Positions 1 to 11,489 of a DNA stretch of 64,000 nt are shown here, piece by piece. The DNA lies in NCBI GenBank assembly GCA_951406725.2, contig OX597814.1, forward strand, positions 202,058,001 through 202,122,000, given 5' to 3'. The DNA comes from Octopus vulgaris (lineage: Eukaryota). The notes under the pieces were generated by a model that was given only the letters and a program-made list of their open reading frames with translations, searched no databases and had not been told where the DNA came from. The translations under genes and the position numbers were made by a program. The number at the start of each line of letters is the position of its first letter. Position 1 is the stretch's first letter.

Positions 1-90
1 TGTGTGTGTGAGTGTATGCGTATGCATGTGTGTACATATATATGTATATGCATATTTGTATGTAGGTATGTGTGTGTGTGTGCGTGTATG

Positions 91-148
<58 letters not shown>

Positions 149-163
149 CATACACATATCCAT

Positions 164-555
164 AGGAGTGGCTGTGTGGTAAGTAGCTTGCTTATGAACT
201 ACACGGTTCCGGGTTCAGTCCCACCGTGTGGCACATTGGGCATGTGTCTTCTACTATAGCCGCGGGCCAACCAATGCCTCATGAGTGGATATATAAGAAG
301 CCCGTCATATATATGTATATATAAATATATATAGGTATGTATGTTTATATGTTTGTGTGTCTGTGTTTGTCGCCCCAACATCGCTTGACAACCGATGCTG
401 ATGTGTTTATGTCCCTGTAACTTAGCAGTTCGGCAAAAGAGACCAATAGAATAAGTACTAAGCTTACAAAGAATAAGTCTTGGGGTCGATGTGCTCAACT
501 AAAGGTGGTGCTCCAGCATGGCCATACTCAAATGACTGAAACAAGTAAAAGAGAG
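164..555 (+). mobile_element. tRNA-derived SINE family A (internal microsatellite, AAGAG(T)A-type tail)
   Basis: Head GGAGTGGCTGTGTGGTAAG...GGTTCAGTCCC (A/B-box-like), conserved body, central TA/TG microsatellite, tail ...CAAATGACTGAAACAAGTAAAAGAG; >10 homologous copies in the window. Confidence 0.85.
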
Positions 556-617
556 ATACACACACACACACAGATCATCGTTTAATGTCTGCTTTCCATG
601 CATATATAACATATATA

Positions 618-950
618 AAGGGTAAAGACCCCCTTCGGTCATGAATGACCATGGGATTGCACCTAGAAAGTTACCCTCCTAGATACAAGTCCGGGCAAGG
701 TTGTTTATGGAAGACCAGCAGTCGCCTATGCATACCAGCCTCCCCTCTCCACGCCACCAGTGTTATCCAAGGGAAAGACAAAGGTCGATACAGCTTGGCA
801 CCAGTGACATCGCAACTCATTTCTACAGCTGAGTGAACTGGAGCAACGTGAATATAAAGTGCCTTGCTCAAGAACACAACACGCAGCCCGGTCCGGGATT
901 CGAACTAACAACCTCACGATCGTAAGCTCGATGCTCTAACCACTGAGCCA
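618..950 (-). mobile_element. tRNA-derived SINE family C
   Basis: Minus strand TGGCTCAGTGGTTAGAGC...AGTTCGAATCCC head followed by CTTGAGCAAGGCACTT...CACTCAGCTG core; related heads at ~54245-54385(-) and ~59050-59190(+). Confidence 0.8.
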
Positions 951-1387
951 TGATACATTCATATATATGTATATGTATATATCTATATTTATATATATAC
1001 ATATAGATACACGTACACACACACACACATATATATACATATATGCGTATATATGTCTGTATGCATATGTACATGTGTGTGCAAATATGTATGTATTCAT
1101 GTATGTATATATGTATGAACAGATGGGTGGATGGGTGGATGGGTGGATGGATGGATGTGTGTGTATCTCTACATGTATGGATGAATGTATGTGTGTGTGT
1201 GTTTCTTTTTGTATGTGACAGTGAAAGAAAGAAGATATGTGTGTCATATATAGAGCATGACGTATCTCACGGGCTAAGTGCACTCATGCATTTTGCACAT
1301 GCATTAGCTGTAGATAGTAAAATAAATAACCTGTGTGTATGTGTGTGCATGTATGTTAGTGTAAGGTGAGGAGAGAAAAACAGAGAG

Positions 1388-1620
1388 ATCATCATCATCA
1401 TCATCATCATCCTTTAACGTCTGTGTCTCATGCCAGCATGGGTTGGAGGGTTTGACAGGAGCTGGCAAGCTGGAGGGCTGCCCCCGGCTCCAGTCGCCTA
1501 CTTTGGCATAGTTTCTGTGACTGGATGCCCTTTCTAAAGCAAGCCACTTTACAGAGTGTACTAGGTGCCTTTTATATGGCACCACCACCAGTGCTTTTTA
1601 TATGCCACCAGCACCCAACA
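1388..1620 (-). mobile_element. RTE-LINE 3'-UTR derived / (GAT)n-tailed element
   Basis: (CAT)n + TTTAACGTC...CATGGGTTGGA...CTGGATGCCCTT...GTGCTTTTTA; many copies; an RTE ORF end runs into this same sequence family at 11490-12495. Confidence 0.75.
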
Positions 1621-1745
1621 GGGTCACTAAATACTTTGCAAAACAAAAAACAAAAGAAAGAACGTGCTGACCAAAGCCTTGTGAGTGGATTTGGTAGACG
1701 GAAACTGAAAAAATCTTGTTGTAAATATACATATATATATATATT

Positions 1746-2062
1746 ATGGAGATGTACTTGCATAGCGAGTGACTTGATTTGAGATCGTGTGCTGGAACGA
1801 AACCAATTGCAGTGTGGAAGGTGTTTATAAGCCATTTAAGAAACACAAAAAAACTGTTAGACTCACTTCAACATTTAAATTTAATTTGCCAAATTTTTGT
1901 CGCTTTGAGACTGCGACCTGTTCACTGACAAAACTTCATGCTGCACGAAGTTTTGTCAGTAAACAGGTCACGGTCTGAAAGCGAGGAAATGTTGAAGTGA
2001 GTCTAACAGTTTTTTGTGTTTCTTAAATGACTTATAAATGCCTTCCACACTGCAATTGGTTT
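1746..2062. mobile_element. Palindromic non-autonomous element (family H2) with hammerhead-like units in both arms
   Basis: Inverted arms ~1801-1941 and 1943-2062 around a 1-nt centre at 1942; homologous to 39966-40120 and 40277-40797. Confidence 0.75.
1885..1932 (-). ncRNA. Minimal type-I hammerhead-like motif, G3-C8 core variant (decayed)
   Basis: Minus: TTTGTCA-GTGAACA-G-GTCGC-agtctcaaa-GCGAC-AAAA-attt-GGCAAA; stem I and stem II pair; G12 lost at a CpG. Confidence 0.5.
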
Positions 2063-2067
2063 ATATA

Positions 2068-2305
2068 TCATCATCGTTTAGCGGCTGCTTTCCATGCTAG
2101 CATGGGTTGGACGGTTCAACTGGGGTCTGGGAAGCCAGAAGGCTGCACCAGGCCCAGTCTGATCTGGCAATATTTCTACGGTTGGATGCCCTTCCTAACA
2201 CCAACCACTCCGTGAGTGTAGTGGGTGCTTTTTACGTGCCACCAGCACAGGTGCCAGACGAGGCTGGCAAACGGCCATGATCTGATGGTGCTTTTTACGT
2301 GCCAT
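2068..2305 (-). mobile_element. RTE 3'-UTR derived element
   Basis: Same CAT-tail and GGATGCCCTTCCTAA..CCAACCAC motifs as the other copies. Confidence 0.75.
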
Positions 2306-2757
2306 GTATGTATGTATGTATGTATGTATGTGTTTGTGTGTCTGTGTTTGTCCCCACCAGCATCGTTTCACATCCGATGTTGGTGTGTTTATATCCCTGT
2401 AACTTAGCAGTTCAGCAAAAGAGACTAATAAGTCCTGGGGTGAATTTGTTTGGCTAAATGTGGTGCTCCAGCATGGCCACTGTCAAATGACCAAAACAAG
2501 TACACAAAAGCTGTTGTTAGAGTGTTGGATAAAACGTTTCACAATATCTGCTCTGACTCCCTGCAGCCTGAGTTCAAATACCACTGAGGTCAGCTTTGTC
2601 ATTCATTCTTCTGGGGTCAGTAAAAATATACTAATCCAAGGTGATGGATTAACAGAACATTTAGAAGCCTCTTGTTATCTGGCTCTAGCTTTCTGTCAGA
2701 AACACCTTTGATTACTGTGTAGACAAGCATTGCCATCACACATATATATATAGATAG

Positions 2758-2789
<32 letters not shown>

Positions 2790-2790
<1 letters not shown>

Positions 2791-3115
2791 TATGTTTGTG
2801 TGTCTTTGTCACCCCCACACACACTCCCACTCCCACACACACTCCCACCCCACACACACTCCCACCCCCACACACACTCCCACCCCCACACACTCCCACC
2901 CCCACACACACTCCCACCATCACTTGACAACCGATGTTGGTGTGTTCACATCCCTGTAACTTAGCAGTTTAGCAAAAGATAGCGATAGAAGAAGTACTAG
3001 GCTTACAAAGAATAAGTCCTGGGATTGATCCGTTCTACTAAAAGGTGGTGCTCCAGCATGGACGCAGCCAAATGACTGAAACAAGTAAAAGAATGAAAGA
3101 ATAAAGGAATAAAGG
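2790..3115 (+). mobile_element. SINE family A 3' half with expanded C-rich minisatellite
   Basis: SINE A body; its poly-C site is replaced by ~6 CACACACTCCCACCCC units (2810-2918). Confidence 0.8.
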
Positions 3116-4326
3116 AATACATGTCTATGCATAAACACAGATGAGTGTATGAGTAAGTAAATAAGGAATCAGGAGGAGAGAACATACACACACACAGCCA
3201 CACACAACACACATACACAGAATGCAGCACAATACACATAGAAAACACCAGCAAAGCACACAAACACATCTAAACTTCCCACTCAAAACATTATTGATAC
3301 CTAATGTTAGGAATTTAGAAGCATTTGGTAACAGATAGCTTGCTTCTGAATTGGATTTGCTTCCTGTCAATCGATTCCTCTGTAATTTGCAGGCAATTAC
3401 AGATATATATGTATACATTACGGATATAAACACACCCATTACAGATATATACACCAAGGCCTTTGTGAGACAATAATGACATGTTGAAATGAGAAGAACA
3501 AACTCTGGTAATTGGAAACACCAGTTTGTACCAGATATTACAATGGTTTCTATTTTACTGTTGTATTGTTGATGGTAAGCGAACACTAAAACCTAATGCC
3601 TATTTCAGCTGATAGAGAAAAGAAGAATTTTTGTTCATGAAACAATTTCTGCATCATAAGTCTTTCCATGTCCAAGTGTACACAAACATGTTAAATCTTA
3701 TTATACACACCTATAGTTCATTCAATGCTGTTTAGTACATCTCTAATTAATTAACTCCATCTTGGCAAAGCTTTGCACAAAACACCAGCAAATGTATTAT
3801 TTGCTGTTCTAACATAAAAGCAATTTGTTCTTATTTGCTATCAAGAGAGACTTGATAACTGTTGTTGATAATGTGCAACAATGCAGAAATGTTATGTGCC
3901 CTATGGTCCAATGACAGCATTCAATGCTGGGTTTTACTCACATATTCTCTATAAGGAGAATTTTTTCAGCATTTTCTGTTCTGCAGCATATCTTACACGA
4001 CCATGTTGAATATGACTGTACACTCTGACAGTCCATTTAACACTGCTTAGTGACATCATCATCATCATCATTTAACGTCTGTGTCCATCCTGGCATGAAT
4101 TGGAGCTGGTAAGATCAGGGTTTAGGGTTCCATTGACTGACTATTTTGGCATAGATTTGTGGTTAGATGTCCTTCGTAACACCAACCACTTTACAAAATG
4201 TACTGGCTGCTTTTTATGTGACACCATCACCAGTGCTTTTCACATGGTGCCATCACCAGTGCTTTTTACGCGGCACCAGTGCCAGTGCTTTTGACAATCA
4301 TGTTAGATTGTTTCCAAAGTTATTAT

Positions 4327-4976
4327 AGCAGTTGTTTTAATCTCAGCTCACCTCTAACTAAACATGCCACAGCAGTTGTTTTAATCTCAGCTCATCTCTA
4401 ATTAAACACACCACAGCAGTTGCTTTAATCTCAGCTCATCTCTAATTAAACACACCACAGCAGTTGTTCCAATCTCTAATTAAACGCACCACAGCAGTTG
4501 TTCCAATTTCAGCTCATCTCTAATTAAACACACCACAGCAGTTGCTTTAATCTCAGCTCATCTCTAATTAAACACACCACAGCAGTTGTTTTAATCTCAA
4601 CTCATCTCTAATTAAACACACCACAGCAGTTGTTTTATTCTCAGCTCATCTCTAATGAAACACACCACAGCAGTTGTTCCAATCTCAGCTCATCTCTAAT
4701 TAAACACACCACAGCAGTTGTTTTAATCTCAACTCATCTCTAATTAAACACACCACAGCAGTTGTTTTATTCTCAGCTCATCTCTAATTAAACACATCAC
4801 AGCAGTTGTTTTAATCTCAGCTCATCTCTAATTAAACACACCACAGCAGTTGTTCCAATCTCAGCTCATCTCTAATTAAACACACCACAGTAGTTGCTTT
4901 AATCTCAGCTCATCTCTAATTAAACACACCACAGCAGTTGTTTTAATCTCAGCTCATCTCTAATTAAACATATCAC
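4327..4976. repeat. Minisatellite, 15 x 44-bp unit
   Basis: Unit AGCAGTTGTTTTAATCTCAGCTCATCTCTAATTAAACACACCAC; unit 4 has a 10-bp deletion; recurrent variants GTTGCTTT/GTTGTTCC. Confidence 0.95.
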
Positions 4977-5744
4977 CAGACACTGCTGGCAACTGAATCT
5001 GTTATAATTCGTCACTTAAGGACGTTTCTTTGGGTTTTTTTTTAATACAGTCTCTGATGAGTTGATGATGTAGTTTGATTGTGTGGTAATACTTTGTGTA
5101 ACAGAGATTTTCATTAACAAAACACATGAAGAATGTATTGAATAAACAAACATAAAAACGTATCTCTAGTCTTGTTTTACACTGTGTACTCAGTGTTTGA
5201 AGAAATATCGATGGATAACTACATAAAGATATTTAGAGAAATAATTAAATTTCTCTTCAAAATAAATCGTTTGAACTATAATCAAACACATGGAGTTCTA
5301 AACACAGGTTATATATCATGGTCTATATATGGAACTAAACACACACACACACACACATACACACACACACACAATGCATGCACACACACACACACACACA
5401 CACAAACATATAAATGTTTTTTTTTATGCAAAGGTTTAATGCGGGAATCTGAATGTTTCTTTTCATTTAAAGTTGAACTTTGAATTGAAACATCACTCAA
5501 TACTTTTTAGTGGAATACAATCTCTATATTGATTATTACAAGGAAAAGTTTTGACAGTGACTGCAAAGTGTGGGCTTTGTCTGATGAAACTTCACTGTTA
5601 GCATTTTCATCGTACATACATACATATATACACACATACATACATATATATATATATAGTTCTATATTTAAGAGATGAGGAATTATGTACATTATTTACA
5701 TTATTTACAATTGACACATATTTGTTCTCATCTTTTTTGTTGTT

Positions 5745-5790
5745 AACACAACGTTTTGGCTGATATACCCTCCAGCCTTCATCAGATGTC
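5745..5790 (-). ncRNA. Minimal type-I hammerhead-like motif (H1)
   Basis: GACAT-CTGATGA-A-GGCTG-gagggtatat-CAGCC-AAAA-CGT-T-GTGTT; CUGAUGA core and 5-bp stem II intact, palindromic ACGU stem III, G12>A. Confidence 0.6.
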
Positions 5791-5840
5791 TTGGAGAAAT
5801 TTCAAACCTGGGTTCTCATTCCTAAGGTATTTTTCAATGT

Positions 5841-5884
<44 letters not shown>

Positions 5885-5932
5885 TTTACATTATTTATAT
5901 TTGACAAATATTTGTCCTCATCTTGATTGTTG

Positions 5933-5977
5933 TTAACATGTTTCAGCTGATATACCCTCAAGCCTTCTTCAGGTGTC
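5933..5977 (-). ncRNA. Minimal type-I hammerhead-like motif (H1)
   Basis: GACAC-CTGAAGA-A-GGCTT..CAGCT-GAAA-CATGTT; both CUGANGA and GAAA boxes retained, stem III/I region shortened. Confidence 0.55.
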
Positions 5978-6572
5978 TTGGAGAAATTTTAAACCTGGGT
6001 TCTCATTCCTAAGGTATTTTTCAATGTTGTTATCATTATCATTATCATTATCATTATCATTAGTATTATTATTATTCAGGTCACTGCCTGGAATCGAACT
6101 TGGAATCTTAACCACTATGCCATATGCCTTTGGGCATGTATATATATACACTCTCGGAGTGGTTGGCGTTAGGAAGGGCATCCAGCTGTAGAAACACTGC
6201 CAGATCAGACTGGGCCTGGCACAGCCTTCTGGCTTCCCAGACCCCAGTTGAACCATCCAGCCCATGCTAGCATGGAAAACAGACGTCAAACGATGATGAT
6301 GATGATGATGATGATATATATCTGTTGTAAACTATTTATAAACCTATATATAAAAATCATTCTGAACTTGTTCTAGTTGTTTAATATCAGGGAAGCACAT
6401 TTATGACCAATAACATTCCAGCCATGACCATATAGTTTTATAGACCAAATTGTCTATATCCAGAACAACACTATCAAACATGTCCTTCCCTTTGTATTTA
6501 AAGACACCAGCCTAAGATTCAAGTGAGATTTGACTGCTATTTCTTGCCAGTTATTATGACTACATAGATGCA

Positions 6573-6604
<32 letters not shown>

Positions 6605-6889
6605 TTGGTTCTTCATTTCTGAAATTCTGAAATAAACAACCAAAGTGCCACTGCAGTATATTTCTCTGTTAACCCATTGGTAGAATGACTGCTACAGTTA
6701 ATTTCCTGAAAGATATGATTTTCCAAACCTTCTAAGCATTATTTAATCAGTTTTCATATCAAAATTTGTATTAAATATAGATTTTTAGGTAAAACTAACA
6801 ACATGTCTTTTCTATAAAGTCTGCAGCTTAAAATGTTCCTTCTTTGATGTTTCATTTTTAATTTACTATTTCATTTCATATTTTCAATC

Positions 6890-6991
6890 ATTACATATGC
6901 ACGTGTATATATATACATAACTGTGTGTACGTATGCATGTATGTATGTATGTATGTATGTATGTATGTATGTATGTGTGTGTGTATATATA

Positions 6992-7046
<55 letters not shown>

Positions 7047-7270
7047 GTATACATATATCTGTACATATATGAGTGTGTATGTATGTGTATAAAAATCTAT
7101 GTATTGATAAATATAAATATATGTATATATTGATATACATGCACATATACATGTGTATATGAATATAAGTATAACTTTATATATCTATATATATATATAT
7201 ATAAATTTATATATATATATATATATTTATATATACAGACATATATATAAATATTAATTTATATATGTAT

Positions 7271-7311
<41 letters not shown>

Positions 7312-7316
7312 ATATA

Positions 7317-7355
<39 letters not shown>

Positions 7356-7655
7356 TTATATATGTATATATATACACATATATATATAAAGAGAGAGAGA
7401 GAGATATCACACATGTCTGTATATTTCTGAGTATATATATGTATCTATGTATGTATTGGTGCATGCATGTATATATGAGTGTGTATGTGAACATGTGTTG
7501 GTATTGGACATGTGTGAACGTGAGCCGGAGTTAGATTGTGTGTAAGTGTATATGCATGTAATGGAGGTTATGTTACCAATAACCAAAATCGAAACTATAT
7601 TTTTTTTCTCAATAACCATTGGAATTTTATCAATTCTGTCCCATGCGTATGCATG

Positions 7656-7691
<36 letters not shown>

Positions 7692-7960
7692 TGCATACAT
7701 CACATAAACACACACACATGCAAACTTACATGAACACACACACTCATACACCCATACATACTCAGACAGACATACATATCTATATACACAGATACATACA
7801 TACATACATACATATACAACATACACATAGAAATATAAATACTTAGATACATACATACATACATACATACATACATACATACATACATACGTACATACGT
7901 ACTTATGTACGTATATACATGTATAGATAGATAGATAGATAAATACATACATACATACAT

Positions 7961-7995
<35 letters not shown>

Positions 7996-8006
7996 CAGAC
8001 AGACAT

Positions 8007-8079
<73 letters not shown>

Positions 8080-8180
8080 CAGATAGATAGATAGATAGAT
8101 GCATGCATGCATATACATACATACATACATACATACATACATACATACATACATACGTACATACATACGTACATACATAC
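6890..8180. repeat. Compound microsatellite block (TA, TATG, CA, CATA, GATA, GACA)
   Basis: Direct inspection. Confidence 0.95.
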
Positions 8181-8814
8181 TTATATACAATTTATTATCA
8201 ATTCTTAGTTCACTCTTCTTTTCCAAACCTCATCTATTATGTTAAAAAAAACCCTCATAAACAAGCCTCCTCTCCCTCTACATGCCTCTCTCTCTCTCCT
8301 CCCTCCTACTGTTCATCTCCAGCTATCATGACTCGCCTCATGGTTTTCCCTCCTCCCAGACCTCGATATCTCTTTGAAGGTGTCGCTGTACATAACACAA
8401 AGTTTGTTTACAAATGTTTGAATGTTACAAGTTACTAGAGACGTTTTTTTTTTTTTGTTTCCTCATGGAACTGTTGCAACTGTTTCTAACATGCAAGAAA
8501 TGTTCAAGAGTTTTGGTTTCTTGCAGTGGCTGCATAAAAGATGCTGAGGATTCCAGGCAAATATTTGTTTTCGATGTTGCCTCAAGGGGGCATTGACAAA
8601 TAATGGAGACGTTTGGCATTAGGCTGTGCAGGAGAAGAAGACCCATCAAACCAAGTGAAATCGTAGTCATGGCAGATACCCATGACCTGCTCAAAATCAC
8701 AGTGCACTGCAGGGAATCGTACTCAGGACTTTACAATCGTAGGCCGAATACCCCTAACCACTGAGCCATGCACCTCCACTCTCTTAATCATAGAGAAAAG
8801 GAGTAAAGTGATAT

Positions 8815-9035
8815 ATTTCTTTATTGCCCACAAGGGGCTAAACATAGAGGGGACAGACAAAGAGATTAAGTCGATTACATCGACCCCAGTGCGTAACTGG
8901 TACTTAATTTATCGACCCCGAAAGGATGAAAGGCAAAGTCGACCTCGGCGGAATTTGAACTCACAACGTAACGGCAGACGAAATACGGCCACGCATTACG
9001 CCCGGCGTGCTAACGTTTCTGCCAGTTCGCTGCCT
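8815..9035 (-). mobile_element. tRNA-derived SINE family B
   Basis: Minus GGCAGCGAACTGGCAGAAACGTTAGCACG...GAGTTCAAATTCCGCCGAGGTCGAC...GGGGTCGAT...GCCCCTTGTGGGCAATAAAGAAAT; >12 copies in window. Confidence 0.85.
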
Positions 9036-9861
9036 TAGTGATAGAGACAGAGAAAGGAAAGTCTGTCATTCACAATGACAATTAGACTTGAAATACGATC
9101 GTTCTTTTCTCGCTTCTTTACTTTTAACAATGAAGAAGAGGGAAAGACGTTTAGTAACGATTAGTAGGAAGTTCTTTCAGGTGTTTACGTTTTTATTCTG
9201 GGAGTTCTAGAATGATCGATTGTTAGTTCTCCCTTCTTTCCCCGACCCCTGGTACTTATTCACAGTCATTCATAGTTCTTCATGGCTTTTAGTTGGGGGC
9301 AAAGACCTTTTTTCTTTCAGGCACGTTTAACGTTTCCTTTACAAATTACAAATAAGCCCCCCCTCCCTTCCTTTCTTTTTTCATACAAAATCTAATGCAA
9401 AATTCGAATGGGGTACAGCTGTGAACAGAGCCCAGAAAAATGGATAATACTACAAAATGGGTGGGGAAGAAAAGTTGCCAACAGGTGGCTACATGAAATT
9501 CAACTCTATACTTTAAAGAGTGTCTTCTAATATAGCCTCATGAGTAAATTTGGTAGATGGAAACTGAAAGAAGCCTCTGCACCCTTTAGTTACAGGTTCG
9601 TTTTCTTCTATATTAACATATCCCCTGAAACGGTCTTAACTTTTATCCTTGGTTCAAATATAATCGACCAGTTGTAGAGATGGATAGACTTTGGTCAAAT
9701 GCATTGCACTCAACAGGTGGTGGTTTCTACAATATTTCAGTAAGTACACCATTATAAGAACCATATGGTTTGACAGTTCTATATTAAAGAGATGAGGAAT
9801 TATGTACATTATTTACATTATTTACATTTGACGGATATTTGTCCTCATCATATTTGTTGTT

Positions 9862-9907
9862 AACACAACGGTTTGGCTGATATACCCTCCAGCCTTCTTC
9901 AGGTGTC
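9862..9907 (-). ncRNA. Minimal hammerhead-like motif (H1)
   Basis: GACAC-CTGAAGA-A-GGCTG-loop-CAGCC-AAAC-CGT-T-GTGTT. Confidence 0.5.
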
Positions 9908-10129
9908 TTGGAGAAATTTCAAACTTGGGTTCGCATCTCCTCAGGTATTTTTGAGCCAACGAGACTGACAGACACTACTGTGATGGTGATAATGATAAAA
10001 ACAAAAATAACAATAATAAGATACTGCTGTGACTACACATAAAACAATATCATTGATGATGATGATGATGATGGTGATGGTAATAGTGGTGATAATGATA
10101 ATAGTGATAATAATCGTGATGATAATAAC

Positions 10130-10510
10130 AATAATAAGCCAACCACGGCTGCTATAATGGTACGATTATAATTGTAACGGCAATGATGGCCGTCTCCCCA
10201 CGAGCCAATCAAAGCTCAAAAATGATAACATTATCGTAGCACCAAAATGTTTTTGGAAACTAAAAGGAAAACTTAATCAGTATACCAAATCGCTTGTCCT
10301 ATGGTTAATCTGGAAGCGCATCCCCCAGGGAAGAGCCAGCCTAGGATCGAAAAGTCATCAACTGGCACAAACTCTTCTCCGAATACGGACATGGATAGTC
10401 ACTTGAACGGGGAATTCCCCGACTCGAGCCCTCCAAGAAGAGTATAAAGAAGTAATTTACGCTTATTACTATGCGTTAGGTAGGTCATCTCAAGAGAGAC
10501 ATACCGCAAA
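10130..10510 (+). mobile_element. R4/Dong-like LINE 5' fragment
   Basis: 3' part translates ...QEEYKEVIYAYYYALGRSSQERHTA, resembling the KWTREEYISILHTYFTA N-terminal domain at 20040-20513; flanked by TAA/TAT repeats. Confidence 0.45.
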
Positions 10511-10543
<33 letters not shown>

Positions 10544-10932
10544 GTTATTGTTCAGGTCACTGCTTGGAATCGAACTCAGAATCTTGGGGTTAGTAGCCCA
10601 CGCTCTTAACCACTACGCAATATGCCCGTGGACCCACAGGCATATGGCATAGTGGTTAAGTGCGTAGGCTAGTAACCCTAAGATCCCAAGTTCGATTCCA
10701 AGCAGTAACCAGAACAATAGCATTATCATCATCATCATCATCATCATCATTTAACGTCCGCTTCCCATGCTAGTATCCTGAGAGAAATGCTGGACATAAG
10801 AAGCATCAAAATATGGTCGATTTGACTGAGGACTGGTGAACCAGATGGCTGCACCAGGTTCCAATAATAATAATAATAATAACATTGAAAAATACTTTAG
10901 GAGATGAGAACCCAAGTTCTAAATTTCCCCAA

Positions 10933-10978
10933 GACACCCGAAGAAGGCTGGAGGGTATATCAGCCAAAATGTTGTGTT
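10933..10978 (+). ncRNA. Minimal hammerhead-like motif (H1, decayed)
   Basis: GACAC-CCGAAGA-A-GGCTG-gagggtatat-CAGCC-AAAA-TGT-T-GTGTT. Confidence 0.45.
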
Positions 10979-11489
10979 AACAACAAACAAGATGAGGACA
11001 AATATCCATCAAATGTAAATAATGTAAATAATGCCCTATGGTTTTGTTTTTGGATAAATATTAACTAGCCCTGTTTACGGTATCATTAGTGCTATTCTTT
11101 GTCTAGGCATATTGGTAATTCTTGTCTTATTTTATGAAGTACTAACTTCATTTCGCCACTATTCAAACGTCCTAGTCCGTCCTTTATATCGAAATAACCC
11201 ATAAATATTTCCCTAGACCACTGCTTGCTCACTCTTTTGCCTATCAAATTCAAAGCTTCACACTGGAAGATGGTATGATTTTAATATATTGAACCTCCTG
11301 GCCTCTTCTCGAGGCCCTGTTCTTTCCTCTTCCCTCTTCCCTTCGTTTATTCTATTTTATGCATTTCTATTCACTCTGATGAAGCTCCATTTACTAGAAT
11401 GTCCAATGAAGATCAGCATCATCATCATCATCATCATCATTATCATCATAATTATCATCATCGTTTAATGTCTGCTTCCCATGCTAGCA

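Larger units (their letters stand above)
5658..6137 (-). mobile_element. Family H1: tRNA-headed SINE-like element with two tandem hammerhead-like units
   Basis: Minus: head GGCATATGGCATAGTGGTTAAG..GTTCGATTCCAGGCAGTGACC (6075-6128), (TAA/TGA)n, unit 1 (~5885-6025), (TAG)n, unit 2 (~5700-5840), end CATAATTCCTCATCTCTTAAATATAGAACT. Confidence 0.75.
9775..11033. mobile_element. Head-to-head palindromic pair of H1 elements with nested insertions
   Basis: Minus hammerhead unit 9775-9952, inverted tRNA heads 10546-10631 / 10634-10719, plus hammerhead unit 10880-11033. Confidence 0.75.

Noticed and set aside
3290-4050. Host gene exon(s)
   Set aside because: Frequent stops; faint RET..V..N / NDSI motifs suggest a very old RLE LINE remnant, too weak to annotate.
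4327-4976. CRISPR-like array
   Set aside because: Units are contiguous with no unique spacers, no cas genes, eukaryotic context; it is a minisatellite.
10634-10712. tRNA gene
   Set aside because: A/B boxes are present, but the acceptor stem does not close and it continues into a multi-copy element body; SINE head. Likewise 8700-8775 and 880-950.
11376-11390. CTGATGAAG half-site (also 40261-40269 on minus)
   Set aside because: Second box absent or truncated by neighbouring insertions; cannot support a ribozyme call.
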